In this document: positions 43,403 through 52,091 of the stretch, one piece after another
Layout of the letters: each line of letters begins with the position of its first letter
Numbering within the stretch: the stretch's first letter is position 1
Position numbers and translations under genes: made by a program
Assembly (NCBI GenBank): GCA_963783305.1
Contig: CAWAMW010000016.1
Span: forward strand, 224,001 to 288,000
Length of the DNA: 64,000 nt
Direction: 5' to 3'
From: an uncultured Gemmatimonadales bacterium
Lineage (GTDB): Bacteria > Gemmatimonadota > Gemmatimonadetes > Longimicrobiales > RSA9
The notes under the pieces: model-generated
Databases searched by the model: none
Told to the model about the DNA's origin: nothing
What the model saw: only the letters and a program-made list of their open reading frames with translations

Positions 43403-44089
43403 ATGCCCAGCGACAGCGTCTCGACGGCCTACGAAGAGATCCGGACCCGTATCGTCGACGGCCGCCTGCCCCCCGGCGTCCGCCTGGTCGAGCGCGAGAT
43501 CGCCGAGCACCTCGACGTAAGCCGCTCACCGGTCCGCACCGCTCTCCACCGTCTCGAGCAGGAAGGCTTCGTCCTGGCCGCCGGCTGCGGCGTCCGCTCG
43601 CGCCTCATCGTCAGTCCGCTCACCATGGAGGACGCCCGGGAGCTGTACCAGATCGTGGGCTTCCTCGATGGCGTCGCCGCCGCCCGCGCCGCCAACCTCG
43701 AGGCCAACCCCCGCGCTGAGATCGTCGACGAGCTCAAGAGCATCAACACCGAGCTCCGCGCCGCCGCCGTCGACGCCACCTTCCGCCCGGATCGCGTGTA
43801 CGAGCTGCACACCGCCTTCCACTACACCTACATGTCCACTCTCGATACCCCCCGCATGAAGGCGCTCTACGAGGCCAATCGCCCCCAGACCCAGCGCTAC
43901 CGCCACGTCTACAGCAGCGTCCACATGGGCCAGCTGGAGCACTCCATCGACGAGCACGAGACCATCATCTGCGCCATCGAGCAGGGCCACGAGACCCGCG
44001 CCCGGCGCGAAGCCCAGCGCAACTGGGCACGCGCCGCCGAGCGCATCGCCGAGATCATTCAGGTCGCGGGCGAACGCGGCACGTGGTAG
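43403..44089 (+). CDS. GntR family regulator with FCD domain
   Basis: IVDGRLPPGVRLVEREIAEHLDVSRSPVRTALHRLEQEG; FH...EH FCD residues. Confidence 0.93.
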   Translation: MPSDSVSTAYEEIRTRIVDGRLPPGVRLVEREIAEHLDVSRSPVRTALHRLEQEGFVLAAGCGVRSRLIVSPLTMEDARELYQIVGFLDGVAAARAANLEANPRAEIVDELKSINTELRAAAVDATFRPDRVYELHTAFHYTYMSTLDTPRMKALYEANRPQTQRYRHVYSSVHMGQLEHSIDEHETIICAIEQGHETRARREAQRNWARAAERIAEIIQVAGERGTW

Positions 44090-44097
44090 CGCCCCGT

Positions 44098-44152
44098 TTG
44101 ACAGCCCCGTGTGCCCGGGCGTATCCTGTCTGGTATACCAAACTGTATACCC
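44098..44152 (+). promoter_or_regulatory. sigma70 promoter with adjacent tandem GntR-type operators
   Basis: TTGACA (44098-44103)-18 nt-TATCCT (44122-44127); perfect palindrome TGGTATACCA 44131-44140 and second GTATAC site near 44143-44152. Confidence 0.75.
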
Positions 44153-44344
44153 AGAACACCCACGTCACCCTGCCCACTCGTTGTTCGCAGGTGTCTCCGC
44201 TCATGAAGCATGAGACCAGATCCTGACCGCCCACGGGCGGTCCATCAGGTCGCAGCGGCAGACCACGTGACGCCGGTCCCCGCGGCGGGGCAGCGGCCGC
44301 GGCCATGCTCTCCAAACACCCTTTCCACTCGGAGGTCCAAACAG

Positions 44345-47272
44345 ATGTTCCACTTTTCATTCGAATCACTGCGATCCCGCATCGCGCCGGCCGGATCGCC
44401 GGCCCGCTGGGCGTGTGCGGCCGTCGCCGCGCTGGCGGTTGCCGGTGCCGCGCCCGTGACCGCACAGGAAACGGGCAGCGTCCAGGGCCAGGTCGTCAAC
44501 GGCCGCACGGCGCAGCCACTGCCGAGCGCCCAGGTGTCGGTGGTAGGCAGCGGGATCGGCACGATCACGAATAACCGCGGCCGCTTCGTGCTGAACGGCG
44601 TGCCGGCGGGCGAGCAGGAGCTGCAGGTGACGCTGATCGGCTACGGCGTCGAGTCGAAGACGGTGGTCGTGCCGGCCAACGCGGCGGCGACGGTGGACCT
44701 GCAGCTGTTCGAGCAGGCCATCGAGATGGACGCGCTGGTGGTCACGGGCACGGCGGGTACGGCGCGTCGTCGCGAGATCGGCAACTCGATCGGGCAGATC
44801 GGCGGTCAGGAGATCGAGAACGCGCCGGTCCAGAACGTCGCGGAGGTGCTGCAGGGTCGCGCCACGGGCGTTTCGGTCCTGGGCAACTCCGGGCAGGTAG
44901 GCACGGGAAACACGATCCGGCTGCGGGGCAACAAGTCGATCAGCGGATCGAACTCGCCTTTGATCTACGTGGACGGCGTGCGGCTGACCTCCCGCGATTA
45001 CGGCTACAGCGCCGAGATCGCGCAGTCGGCCTCGCCGCTGGGCGACCTGAACCCCAACGACATCGCGCGGATCGAGATCGTGAAGGGCGCCGCGGCGACC
45101 ACGCTGTACGGCACGGAGGCCGCGGGCGGCGTGATCCAGATCTTCACCAAGTCGGGCGGAACGGGAGACCCGGTCTGGCAGGTGTCCATCGACCAGGGCC
45201 TGAACGTCATGGGCCACGTCGGTCCGGACTCCGACGCGAGCGGGATGAACCTGAACGACTGCACGCTGCAGGAGCCGGCGGACCCCACCTGCCCGGAGAG
45301 CGGCAGCTGGATCCGGGACGGCTACGTGCAGCGCTACAACCTCTCCGTCCGGGGCGGCAACGAGGACATGACGTACTTCCTTTCCGCCAACGTGGATGAC
45401 GAGGAGGGGGTCCTGCCGGAGCAGAGCGCCAACGACTGGGCCGTGCGCGGCAACTTCACCTTCTTCCCGCGCAAGGACCTGAGGATCCAGTTCAACAACC
45501 AGTACACGCGGCGGGACATCGAATGGCTGCCGGACGGCAGCAACGCGGAGGGCTTCATCACGAACGTGTTCCGCGGTGACCGCGGCAGCACGCCCGACAA
45601 CCGCGATGCCGAAGCGCTCCTGCTGGACCTCGGCACCGCCACCCACCGCTTCATCACGGGCGCGGGGATCAACTGGAACCCGATGGCGGACATGAGCCAC
45701 CGGCTCAACCTGGGCGTGGACTACTCCAACTCCGAGTTCACCGAGTACCGGCCCTGGCTCTTCTACTATCAGACGCAGGGGAACCGCCGCAACACGCAGC
45801 GGACGAACCGGGTCATCACGCTCGATTACGCCGGCTCCTGGCAGGCCGATCTGCCGGCGGCGCTGACCTCCAGCCTCTCGTGGGGCGGCCAGACCTACGA
45901 TGACGACTTCGTGATGCTCAGCGGGTTCGGCGAAGGGTTCGCCGGTCCGGGCGACAAGGTGGTGGACTCGGGCGCGCTCACGGAGAGCAGCGAGGAGCGG
46001 ATCCACACCACCAGCGGCGGCTTCTTCCTGCAGGAGATGCTTGGCTGGCAGGACCGGCTGTTCCTCACATTGGGCGGTCGTTGGGACGGCTTCAGCACCT
46101 TCGGCGATGACTTCGGGATGGCGTTCTACCCCAAGGTCTCCGCCTCCTACATGCTCTCCGAGCACGCCTTCGTGCCGGAATGGTGGGATGCGCTCAAGCT
46201 GCGCGCCGCCTACGGTGAAAGCGGCCGCGCGCCGGGGCCGTTCGACGCCCTGCGCACCTGGTCGTCGGTCTCCGGTGACGAGGGGCTGCCGGCGGTCACG
46301 CCGCGCTCCGTCGGCGCGGCGGACCTGGGTCCCGAGAGGAGCCGAGAGTGGGAAATGGGCTTCGAGTCGGGCATGTGGGACGGGCGCGTTACGGCCGACT
46401 TCACCTACTACGATCAGACGACCTACGACGCGTTGATCCCGGTGCAGGCCGTGCCGTCCACGGGGCTCGGGGTGTTCACGCAGCTCCGCAACGTGGGCGA
46501 GATCGCGACGAACGGCACCGAGCTCTCGCTGCAGTTCAACCCGATCCGCAACGAGACGGTGAGCTGGGACTTCGGCATCCGGCACACGACGACGAACAGC
46601 GAGGTCCTGTCGCTCACGGATGGGCTCAGCGCGATCTACATCGGCTGGCGCAACGAGGCGCGGCCGGGTCGGGCGCTGCCGAGCTACTACCATGATGTGG
46701 TCCTGAATCCCAACGAGGTCGGCGTGGAGCCGATCATCGAGAGCGACCAGTACATCGGGCCGTCCTACCCGGACGTGACGTGGGGCTTCAACACGTCGGT
46801 GGCCCTCTGGCAGAGCCTGACCATGGACGTGCTCGGCGAGTACCAGGGCGGGCACTACCTGCAGAACGGTACCGGCTACCAGCAGATGCGCCGTGGCCAG
46901 TGGGTGCCGTGTCAGGGCATCCAGGAGCAGTACGCCGCCAACCCGGCGTCCAACAAGTTCGAGGGGCTCCGGGCGGGCAATGTGGCCAAGTGCATTTCCA
47001 GCTACTCCGGGTACGGGATCTGGACCATGCCCGCCGACTTCTTCAAGCTGCGCTCGGCGTCCATTTCCTACCAGCTCCCGGGCAGCTGGCTGGGCGAGCG
47101 GTTCGGCTCGGCGACCATCTCGCTGCAGGGCCGCAACCTGCTGACCGTGACCGACTACGACGGGCTCGACCCGGAGGCGGCGCAGGACGGCAGCTCGGCG
47201 CTGTACCGGATGGAGTACTACAACATCCCGCCCTACCGTTCCTACGTCCTGAACATGCGCGTGTCCTTCTAG
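44345..47272 (+). CDS. SusC/RagA family TonB-dependent receptor
   Basis: GGAGG RBS; carboxypeptidase-like N domain, VVTG, PLIYVDGVR, DLNPNDIARIEIVKGAAATTLYG..AAGGVIQIFTK; C-terminal F. Confidence 0.95.
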   Translation: MFHFSFESLRSRIAPAGSPARWACAAVAALAVAGAAPVTAQETGSVQGQVVNGRTAQPLPSAQVSVVGSGIGTITNNRGRFVLNGVPAGEQELQVTLIGYGVESKTVVVPANAAATVDLQLFEQAIEMDALVVTGTAGTARRREIGNSIGQIGGQEIENAPVQNVAEVLQGRATGVSVLGNSGQVGTGNTIRLRGNKSISGSNSPLIYVDGVRLTSRDYGYSAEIAQSASPLGDLNPNDIARIEIVKGAAATTLYGTEAAGGVIQIFTKSGGTGDPVWQVSIDQGLNVMGHVGPDSDASGMNLNDCTLQEPADPTCPESGSWIRDGYVQRYNLSVRGGNEDMTYFLSANVDDEEGVLPEQSANDWAVRGNFTFFPRKDLRIQFNNQYTRRDIEWLPDGSNAEGFITNVFRGDRGSTPDNRDAEALLLDLGTATHRFITGAGINWNPMADMSHRLNLGVDYSNSEFTEYRPWLFYYQTQGNRRNTQRTNRVITLDYAGSWQADLPAALTSSLSWGGQTYDDDFVMLSGFGEGFAGPGDKVVDSGALTESSEERIHTTSGGFFLQEMLGWQDRLFLTLGGRWDGFSTFGDDFGMAFYPKVSASYMLSEHAFVPEWWDALKLRAAYGESGRAPGPFDALRTWSSVSGDEGLPAVTPRSVGAADLGPERSREWEMGFESGMWDGRVTADFTYYDQTTYDALIPVQAVPSTGLGVFTQLRNVGEIATNGTELSLQFNPIRNETVSWDFGIRHTTTNSEVLSLTDGLSAIYIGWRNEARPGRALPSYYHDVVLNPNEVGVEPIIESDQYIGPSYPDVTWGFNTSVALWQSLTMDVLGEYQGGHYLQNGTGYQQMRRGQWVPCQGIQEQYAANPASNKFEGLRAGNVAKCISSYSGYGIWTMPADFFKLRSASISYQLPGSWLGERFGSATISLQGRNLLTVTDYDGLDPEAAQDGSSALYRMEYYNIPPYRSYVLNMRVSF

Positions 47273-47293
47273 GCGCTGAAGAGAGAGAGACTG

Positions 47294-48547
47294 ATGAAAT
47301 ACCGATTCGACGCGATCCGACGGCTCACCCTGCTCGCCTGCACGGGACTCGTGCTGGCAGGGACGACCGCCTGCTCCGATGAGCTGTTCTCTGTGACCAA
47401 CCCGGGGCGTATCCTGGACGAGGACCTGAACGACCCCCTCGTCGCCTCCGCCCTCGTGGTGGGCATGTCCCGCGACTTCTCCATCGTCCACGACAACAAC
47501 GTGGTGGACGTGGCGATGCTCTCCGACGAGATGGCCGGCACCGGCAACTACGAGGAGACCCGACTCGAGGGGCAGGGGATCACGCGCCCCGAGGACTTCA
47601 ACTACAACTACGAGGCGAGCCATCGATCCCGCTGGGTGGCCGAGACGGGCATTGAGCGGCTGCTGAACATCGAGGGCGCCGACTATGACGGCACTTCGCT
47701 CCTCGCCCGGGCCAACCTGTTCGCCGGGATGAGCAACCGCATGCTCGGTGAGCTGTTCTGCGTGGTCACCTACGACGGCTCGGCGCCACTGCCGAAGAGC
47801 GCGGCGTTCGAGCGCGCCCTGCCGTACTACCAGGAAGCGCTGGACCAGGCCACGCGGGCGGGCGACCAGACGCTGATTCACGCGGCCCAGGGCGGGCTCG
47901 CGCAGACGTACCTGGACCTCGGTCGGTATTCCGAGGCCGCAAATTACGCCGCGATGGTGCCCACGGACTTCGAGTACGTGGCGTACTACTCGACCAACAG
48001 CTCCGATGAAGAGAGCCAGGTCTGGGACTACACGCACGGGCGCAACGAGATGTCGGCGTACAACACCTTCGCGGTGGTTGCGCAGGACCCGCGCGCACCA
48101 TACACGGACTGTACGGAGGGCGGGTGCAAGGCGGCAGAGAGCGCCGATGGCAGCTCACCGCACTACCGCCAGGAGAAGTACGAGAGTGCGGGGTCGGACA
48201 TCCCCGTGGTGAAGGGCACGGAGATGCGGTTGATCGAGGCCGAGGCCGCGCTGGAGTCCGGTGATGCCGGCGCTGTCGACGCCGCGGTGGGGCTCATCAA
48301 CCAGGTGCGCGCGGAGTGGGGCCTGGAGCCGGCAAGCGCCGCCACGGCCGACGAGGCCATGCAGCTGCTCAAGGATGAGCGCTTCCTGACGCTGTGGCTG
48401 GAAGGTCGACGCCTGTACGATCTCCACCGCTGGGACGACGATTTCCTCCGCGGCGGGACCATCTTCTACGAGGGCGAGGCGCAGCGCGCCAGCTGCTTCC
48501 CACTCTCGGAGACCGAGCTGGACACCAACCCGAACGCCGGCGGGTGA
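47294..48547 (+). CDS. SusD/RagB family outer-membrane lipoprotein
   Basis: Lipobox TTAC; EMRLIEAEA, INQVR, ER...LWLEGRRLYDLHR, PLSETELDTNPN. Confidence 0.92.
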   Translation: MKYRFDAIRRLTLLACTGLVLAGTTACSDELFSVTNPGRILDEDLNDPLVASALVVGMSRDFSIVHDNNVVDVAMLSDEMAGTGNYEETRLEGQGITRPEDFNYNYEASHRSRWVAETGIERLLNIEGADYDGTSLLARANLFAGMSNRMLGELFCVVTYDGSAPLPKSAAFERALPYYQEALDQATRAGDQTLIHAAQGGLAQTYLDLGRYSEAANYAAMVPTDFEYVAYYSTNSSDEESQVWDYTHGRNEMSAYNTFAVVAQDPRAPYTDCTEGGCKAAESADGSSPHYRQEKYESAGSDIPVVKGTEMRLIEAEAALESGDAGAVDAAVGLINQVRAEWGLEPASAATADEAMQLLKDERFLTLWLEGRRLYDLHRWDDDFLRGGTIFYEGEAQRASCFPLSETELDTNPNAGG

Positions 48548-48556
48548 CGAAGCGGA

Positions 48557-48589
48557 GCGGGCACGGCGCCGTTGCGGCGCTGTGCCCGC
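48557..48589 (+). terminator. 15-bp stem-loop after susD (partial terminator or mRNA stabiliser)
   Basis: GCGGGCACGGCGCCG-TTG-CGGCGCTGTGCCCGC; no U tract. Confidence 0.6.
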
Positions 48590-48639
48590 GTCCCCCGTTC
48601 ACTCCGTCTCCGCCGTTCAAACAGAAGGGATCCGTGCGC

Positions 48640-50274
48640 ATGTCGCTTCCATCGTGGGCGCGAGCGCCTTTGCTGGCACTCGTTCCGCTTTTCCTGTCGG
48701 CCGCGGCCGGCGTCCCTCCGCTGAGCGCGCAGCAGCAGGTCTATGACCTCGTCCTGCGCGGCGGTCGAGTCCTGGACGGCACCGGCAACCCCTGGTACCG
48801 CGCCGACGTCGCCATCATCGGCGATCGCGTGGCCGCCGTGGGCGACCTGTCGGACGCACGAGCCCACCGCGAGATCGACGCGACCGGGCTCTACGTCGCC
48901 CCCGGCTTCATCGACGTCCACTCCCACGCCGGCAGCGGGCTCGATAATCCGGAGCTCGGGGGAGCGAGGCCGTTGCTCGCCCAGGGCGTAACCACGGTCT
49001 TCATCAACCCGGACGGCGGGGGGGCGGTGGACATGGCCGAGCAGCGCCGCGAGCTGCTGGAGAACCACCCGGCGATCAACGTCGCGCAGATGGTGCCCCA
49101 CGGTTCCGTGCGACGCGCGGTCATCGGCATGGCCGACCGTGCGCCGACGCCGGCGGAGATGGACCGCATGCGGGCGCTCGTCCGCGCCGGCATGGAAGAG
49201 GGCGCCTTCGGCCTCAGCTCGGGACCCTGGTACGCCCCCGGCAGCTACTCCACGACCGAGGAGCTGGTCGAGCTGGCCAAGGTCGCCGCCGAATACGGCG
49301 GCGCGTACAGCAGCCACATCCGCGATGAGGCGGACTTCAACATCGGGCTGGTCGCCGCGGTCGACGAGGTGATCCAGATCGCTCGCGAGGCCCGGCTCCC
49401 CGCCGTGGCCACCCACCTGAAAGCCCTCGGCCCCCGGGTCTGGGGCTACTCCGGCGCGCTGGTCCACCGGATCGATCGCGCGCGGGAGGAAGGGCTCCAG
49501 GTGTACGCCGACCAGTACCCCTACATTGCCTCCGGCACCAGCCTGAGTGGCGCGCTGGTACCGCGCTGGGCGCTGGCCAATGGCGATTCCGCGCTCCAGC
49601 GACGGATCGGGGAACCGTCCGAGCGCGCGCGGCTGCGCGCCGGGATCGTCGAGAACCTGGACCGCCGCGGCGGCGCGGCGCGCCTCCAGTTCCGCCGCTT
49701 CCGCCCGGACCCATCCATCGAGGGGCGCACGATCCAGTGGTACGCCGATCGCGAGGGATTGGACGCGCCCGATGCGGTGATCGAGCTGCTCACGCGGGGC
49801 GGCGCCTCCGTCGTCTCCTTCAACATGGCCGATTCCGACGTGGAGACGCTGATGCGGCAGCCGTGGATGATGACCTCCTCCGATGGCGAGCTGGTGCCCA
49901 TGGGTGAGGGCGTGCCGCACCCGCGGTCGTACGGCTCCCATCCCCGCAAGATCCGGCTGTACGTGGGTGAGAAGGGAGTGGTCGATCTGGCGGCGGCCGT
50001 CCGCAGCATGACGTCACTCCCCGCCCAGGTCTTCCAGGTGCGGGATCGCGGCATGATCCGCCCCGGCGCCTACGCCGACCTGGCCGTGTTCGATCTCGAA
50101 AGGGTGAACGACCCGGCCACGTTCCAGGAGCCGCACCAGCTGGCCGAGGGCATGGTCTACGTGCTGGTCAATGGCCGGATGACCATCGATGAGGAACGGT
50201 TCACGGACGAGCGACCGGGCCGGGTTCTGGATCGTCACGAGCGACCCGTACACGGGTCGGGGGAACAGGAATGA
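48640..50274 (+). CDS. N-acyl-D-amino-acid deacylase family amidohydrolase, exported
   Basis: Signal peptide; VLDGTGNP, PGFIDVHSH, SHIRDE, DQYPY.A, SSDG, HPRSYG, RGMIRPGAYADL. Confidence 0.92.
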   Translation: MSLPSWARAPLLALVPLFLSAAAGVPPLSAQQQVYDLVLRGGRVLDGTGNPWYRADVAIIGDRVAAVGDLSDARAHREIDATGLYVAPGFIDVHSHAGSGLDNPELGGARPLLAQGVTTVFINPDGGGAVDMAEQRRELLENHPAINVAQMVPHGSVRRAVIGMADRAPTPAEMDRMRALVRAGMEEGAFGLSSGPWYAPGSYSTTEELVELAKVAAEYGGAYSSHIRDEADFNIGLVAAVDEVIQIAREARLPAVATHLKALGPRVWGYSGALVHRIDRAREEGLQVYADQYPYIASGTSLSGALVPRWALANGDSALQRRIGEPSERARLRAGIVENLDRRGGAARLQFRRFRPDPSIEGRTIQWYADREGLDAPDAVIELLTRGGASVVSFNMADSDVETLMRQPWMMTSSDGELVPMGEGVPHPRSYGSHPRKIRLYVGEKGVVDLAAAVRSMTSLPAQVFQVRDRGMIRPGAYADLAVFDLERVNDPATFQEPHQLAEGMVYVLVNGRMTIDEERFTDERPGRVLDRHERPVHGSGEQE

Positions 50275-52091
50275 TCAGAAGCCGGAAGCCGAGAATGATT
50301 CGGAAGTCGAGGCCTGGTCTGCTGGGGCTGGCGCTGTTGGCGGGATGTGCGCCCGCGCCGGCCGTCGCGCCGGTTCCGGCCTCTACCGCAGCGCGGGTGG
50401 AGGTGGAGCCTTTGCGCGGGAAGCGCGCCGTGGCCGAGCACGGGATGGTTGCGGCCGCGCACCCGCTCGCCAGCGAGGCGGGGCTGGAGATGCTGCTCGC
50501 CGGCGGGAACGCCATCGACGCCGCGGTGGCCGCGGCCTTCGCTGTGGGTGTGGTGGAGCCGATGATGAGCGGTCTCGGCGGGGGTGGCTCCATGCTTCTC
50601 TGGCGCCAGGAGGCCGCCCGGGCCGACTTCGTGGACTTCTACGCCAGCGCGCCCGCGTCGCCGGACTACGCGCTGCGCGAGCACGAGGGGAGCTGGTCCG
50701 ATGCCCTCGGAGTGGCCGTGCCGGGGATGGTCGCCGGACTGCTGGAGGCGCACGAGCGACACGGCGATCTCACGCGCCAGCAGGTGCTCGCGCCCGCCAT
50801 CCGGCTGGCCGAGCAGGGGTTCCCGGTGGGAGCGCTCCTCGCCCGCACCATCGCCGATGACTCGGCCAAGCTGAACGCCACCCCGGCCGCCCGCCTGTTC
50901 TGGCCCGACGGCCGACCGCTCCGCGCCGGCGAGTGGCTGCGTCAGCCGGAGCTCGCAGCGACCCTGCGCGAGGTCGCCGAGAGCGGTCCCGGCGGCTTCT
51001 ACCGCGGCCCGGTGGCCCGCGAGGTGGTGCGCATCCTCAACGCCGGCGGCAACCCCATGACGCTGGAGGACCTGGACGCCGTCCGGGCGCGCTGGAAGCG
51101 CCCCGTCTGCGGACTCTACCGCGGCCGGGTCGTTCTGAGCGCGCCGCCGCCGCAGAGCGGGATCCAGATCGTGGAGACGCTGAACCTGCTGGAGCCGTAT
51201 GACCTCGTCGAGATGGGCGCGCCCACCACGTCGCTGCCGACCTTCACGCTCCTGACCGCCGCGCTCCGTGCTTCCACCGCCGACCGCAACACCTACGTGG
51301 GGGATCCGGCGGCCGGACGCGTCCCCATCACGGCGCTGGCCTCCCAGTCGTTTGCCGCCGCCCGCGGTGTGCAGCCGGGCCAGCGGCCGGAGCCGAGGGT
51401 CGCGCCCGCAGACGCGGACTCGCTGCCGCGAGCCGACCTCGAGGACGGCTGCTCCACGTTCGACGCGTTCCGAACGGAGCACACCGCCGGTGCCACCGCG
51501 CGCGCTGTTCATCCGGACCCGGAGGAGAGCACGGGCGGCGAGACCACGCACCTCTCGGTGGTCGATGTGGAGGGCAACGCGGTGTCGATCACCGTGACCC
51601 AGGGCTCCTACTTCGGAACGGGCGCCTACGCGGCCGGGACCTTCTTCAACAGCGCCATGTTCCTCTTCTCCGACGACCCCGACCACCCCAACGCGCTGGG
51701 TCCGAACCGCGTCCCCCGGTCCACCACCACGCCCACCATGCTCCTGCGCGACGGGCGTGTGCAGATGGTGGTAGGCTCGCCCGGCGGCGGGCGGATCCCA
51801 CCCGCGGTAGTGCAGAGCATCCTCTACACGGTCGACTACGGCCTGGACCCGCTGGCGGCGCTCAGCATGCCGCGCATCAACCCCTACTTCACGTCGCCTA
51901 CCGTGCAGTTCGAGCAGGGCGTGGATGACGGCGTCCTCGCCGGCGCCGCCCGGCTCGGCTATGAGCTGGAGGCCTTCCCGCCGCTCTCGCTGCGGTTCGG
52001 AGGTGTGCACCTGATCCAGCGCCGGGACACCGGCGAGTGGGTGGGCGCCGCCGATCCGCGCCGGGACGGCGAGGTGCGGGGGTACGAGTGA
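50271..52091 (+). CDS. Gamma-glutamyltransferase family (Ntn hydrolase) lipoprotein
   Basis: Lipobox LLAGC; GGNAIDAAVA, SGLGGG, ETTHLSVVD nucleophile Thr, GSPGG, ADPRRDG. Confidence 0.93.
   Translation: MIRSRKPRMIRKSRPGLLGLALLAGCAPAPAVAPVPASTAARVEVEPLRGKRAVAEHGMVAAAHPLASEAGLEMLLAGGNAIDAAVAAAFAVGVVEPMMSGLGGGGSMLLWRQEAARADFVDFYASAPASPDYALREHEGSWSDALGVAVPGMVAGLLEAHERHGDLTRQQVLAPAIRLAEQGFPVGALLARTIADDSAKLNATPAARLFWPDGRPLRAGEWLRQPELAATLREVAESGPGGFYRGPVAREVVRILNAGGNPMTLEDLDAVRARWKRPVCGLYRGRVVLSAPPPQSGIQIVETLNLLEPYDLVEMGAPTTSLPTFTLLTAALRASTADRNTYVGDPAAGRVPITALASQSFAAARGVQPGQRPEPRVAPADADSLPRADLEDGCSTFDAFRTEHTAGATARAVHPDPEESTGGETTHLSVVDVEGNAVSITVTQGSYFGTGAYAAGTFFNSAMFLFSDDPDHPNALGPNRVPRSTTTPTMLLRDGRVQMVVGSPGGGRIPPAVVQSILYTVDYGLDPLAALSMPRINPYFTSPTVQFEQGVDDGVLAGAARLGYELEAFPPLSLRFGGVHLIQRRDTGEWVGAADPRRDGEVRGYE

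Noticed and set aside
44366..48037. 1223-aa minus-strand ORF
   Set aside because: Antisense shadow of susC/susD
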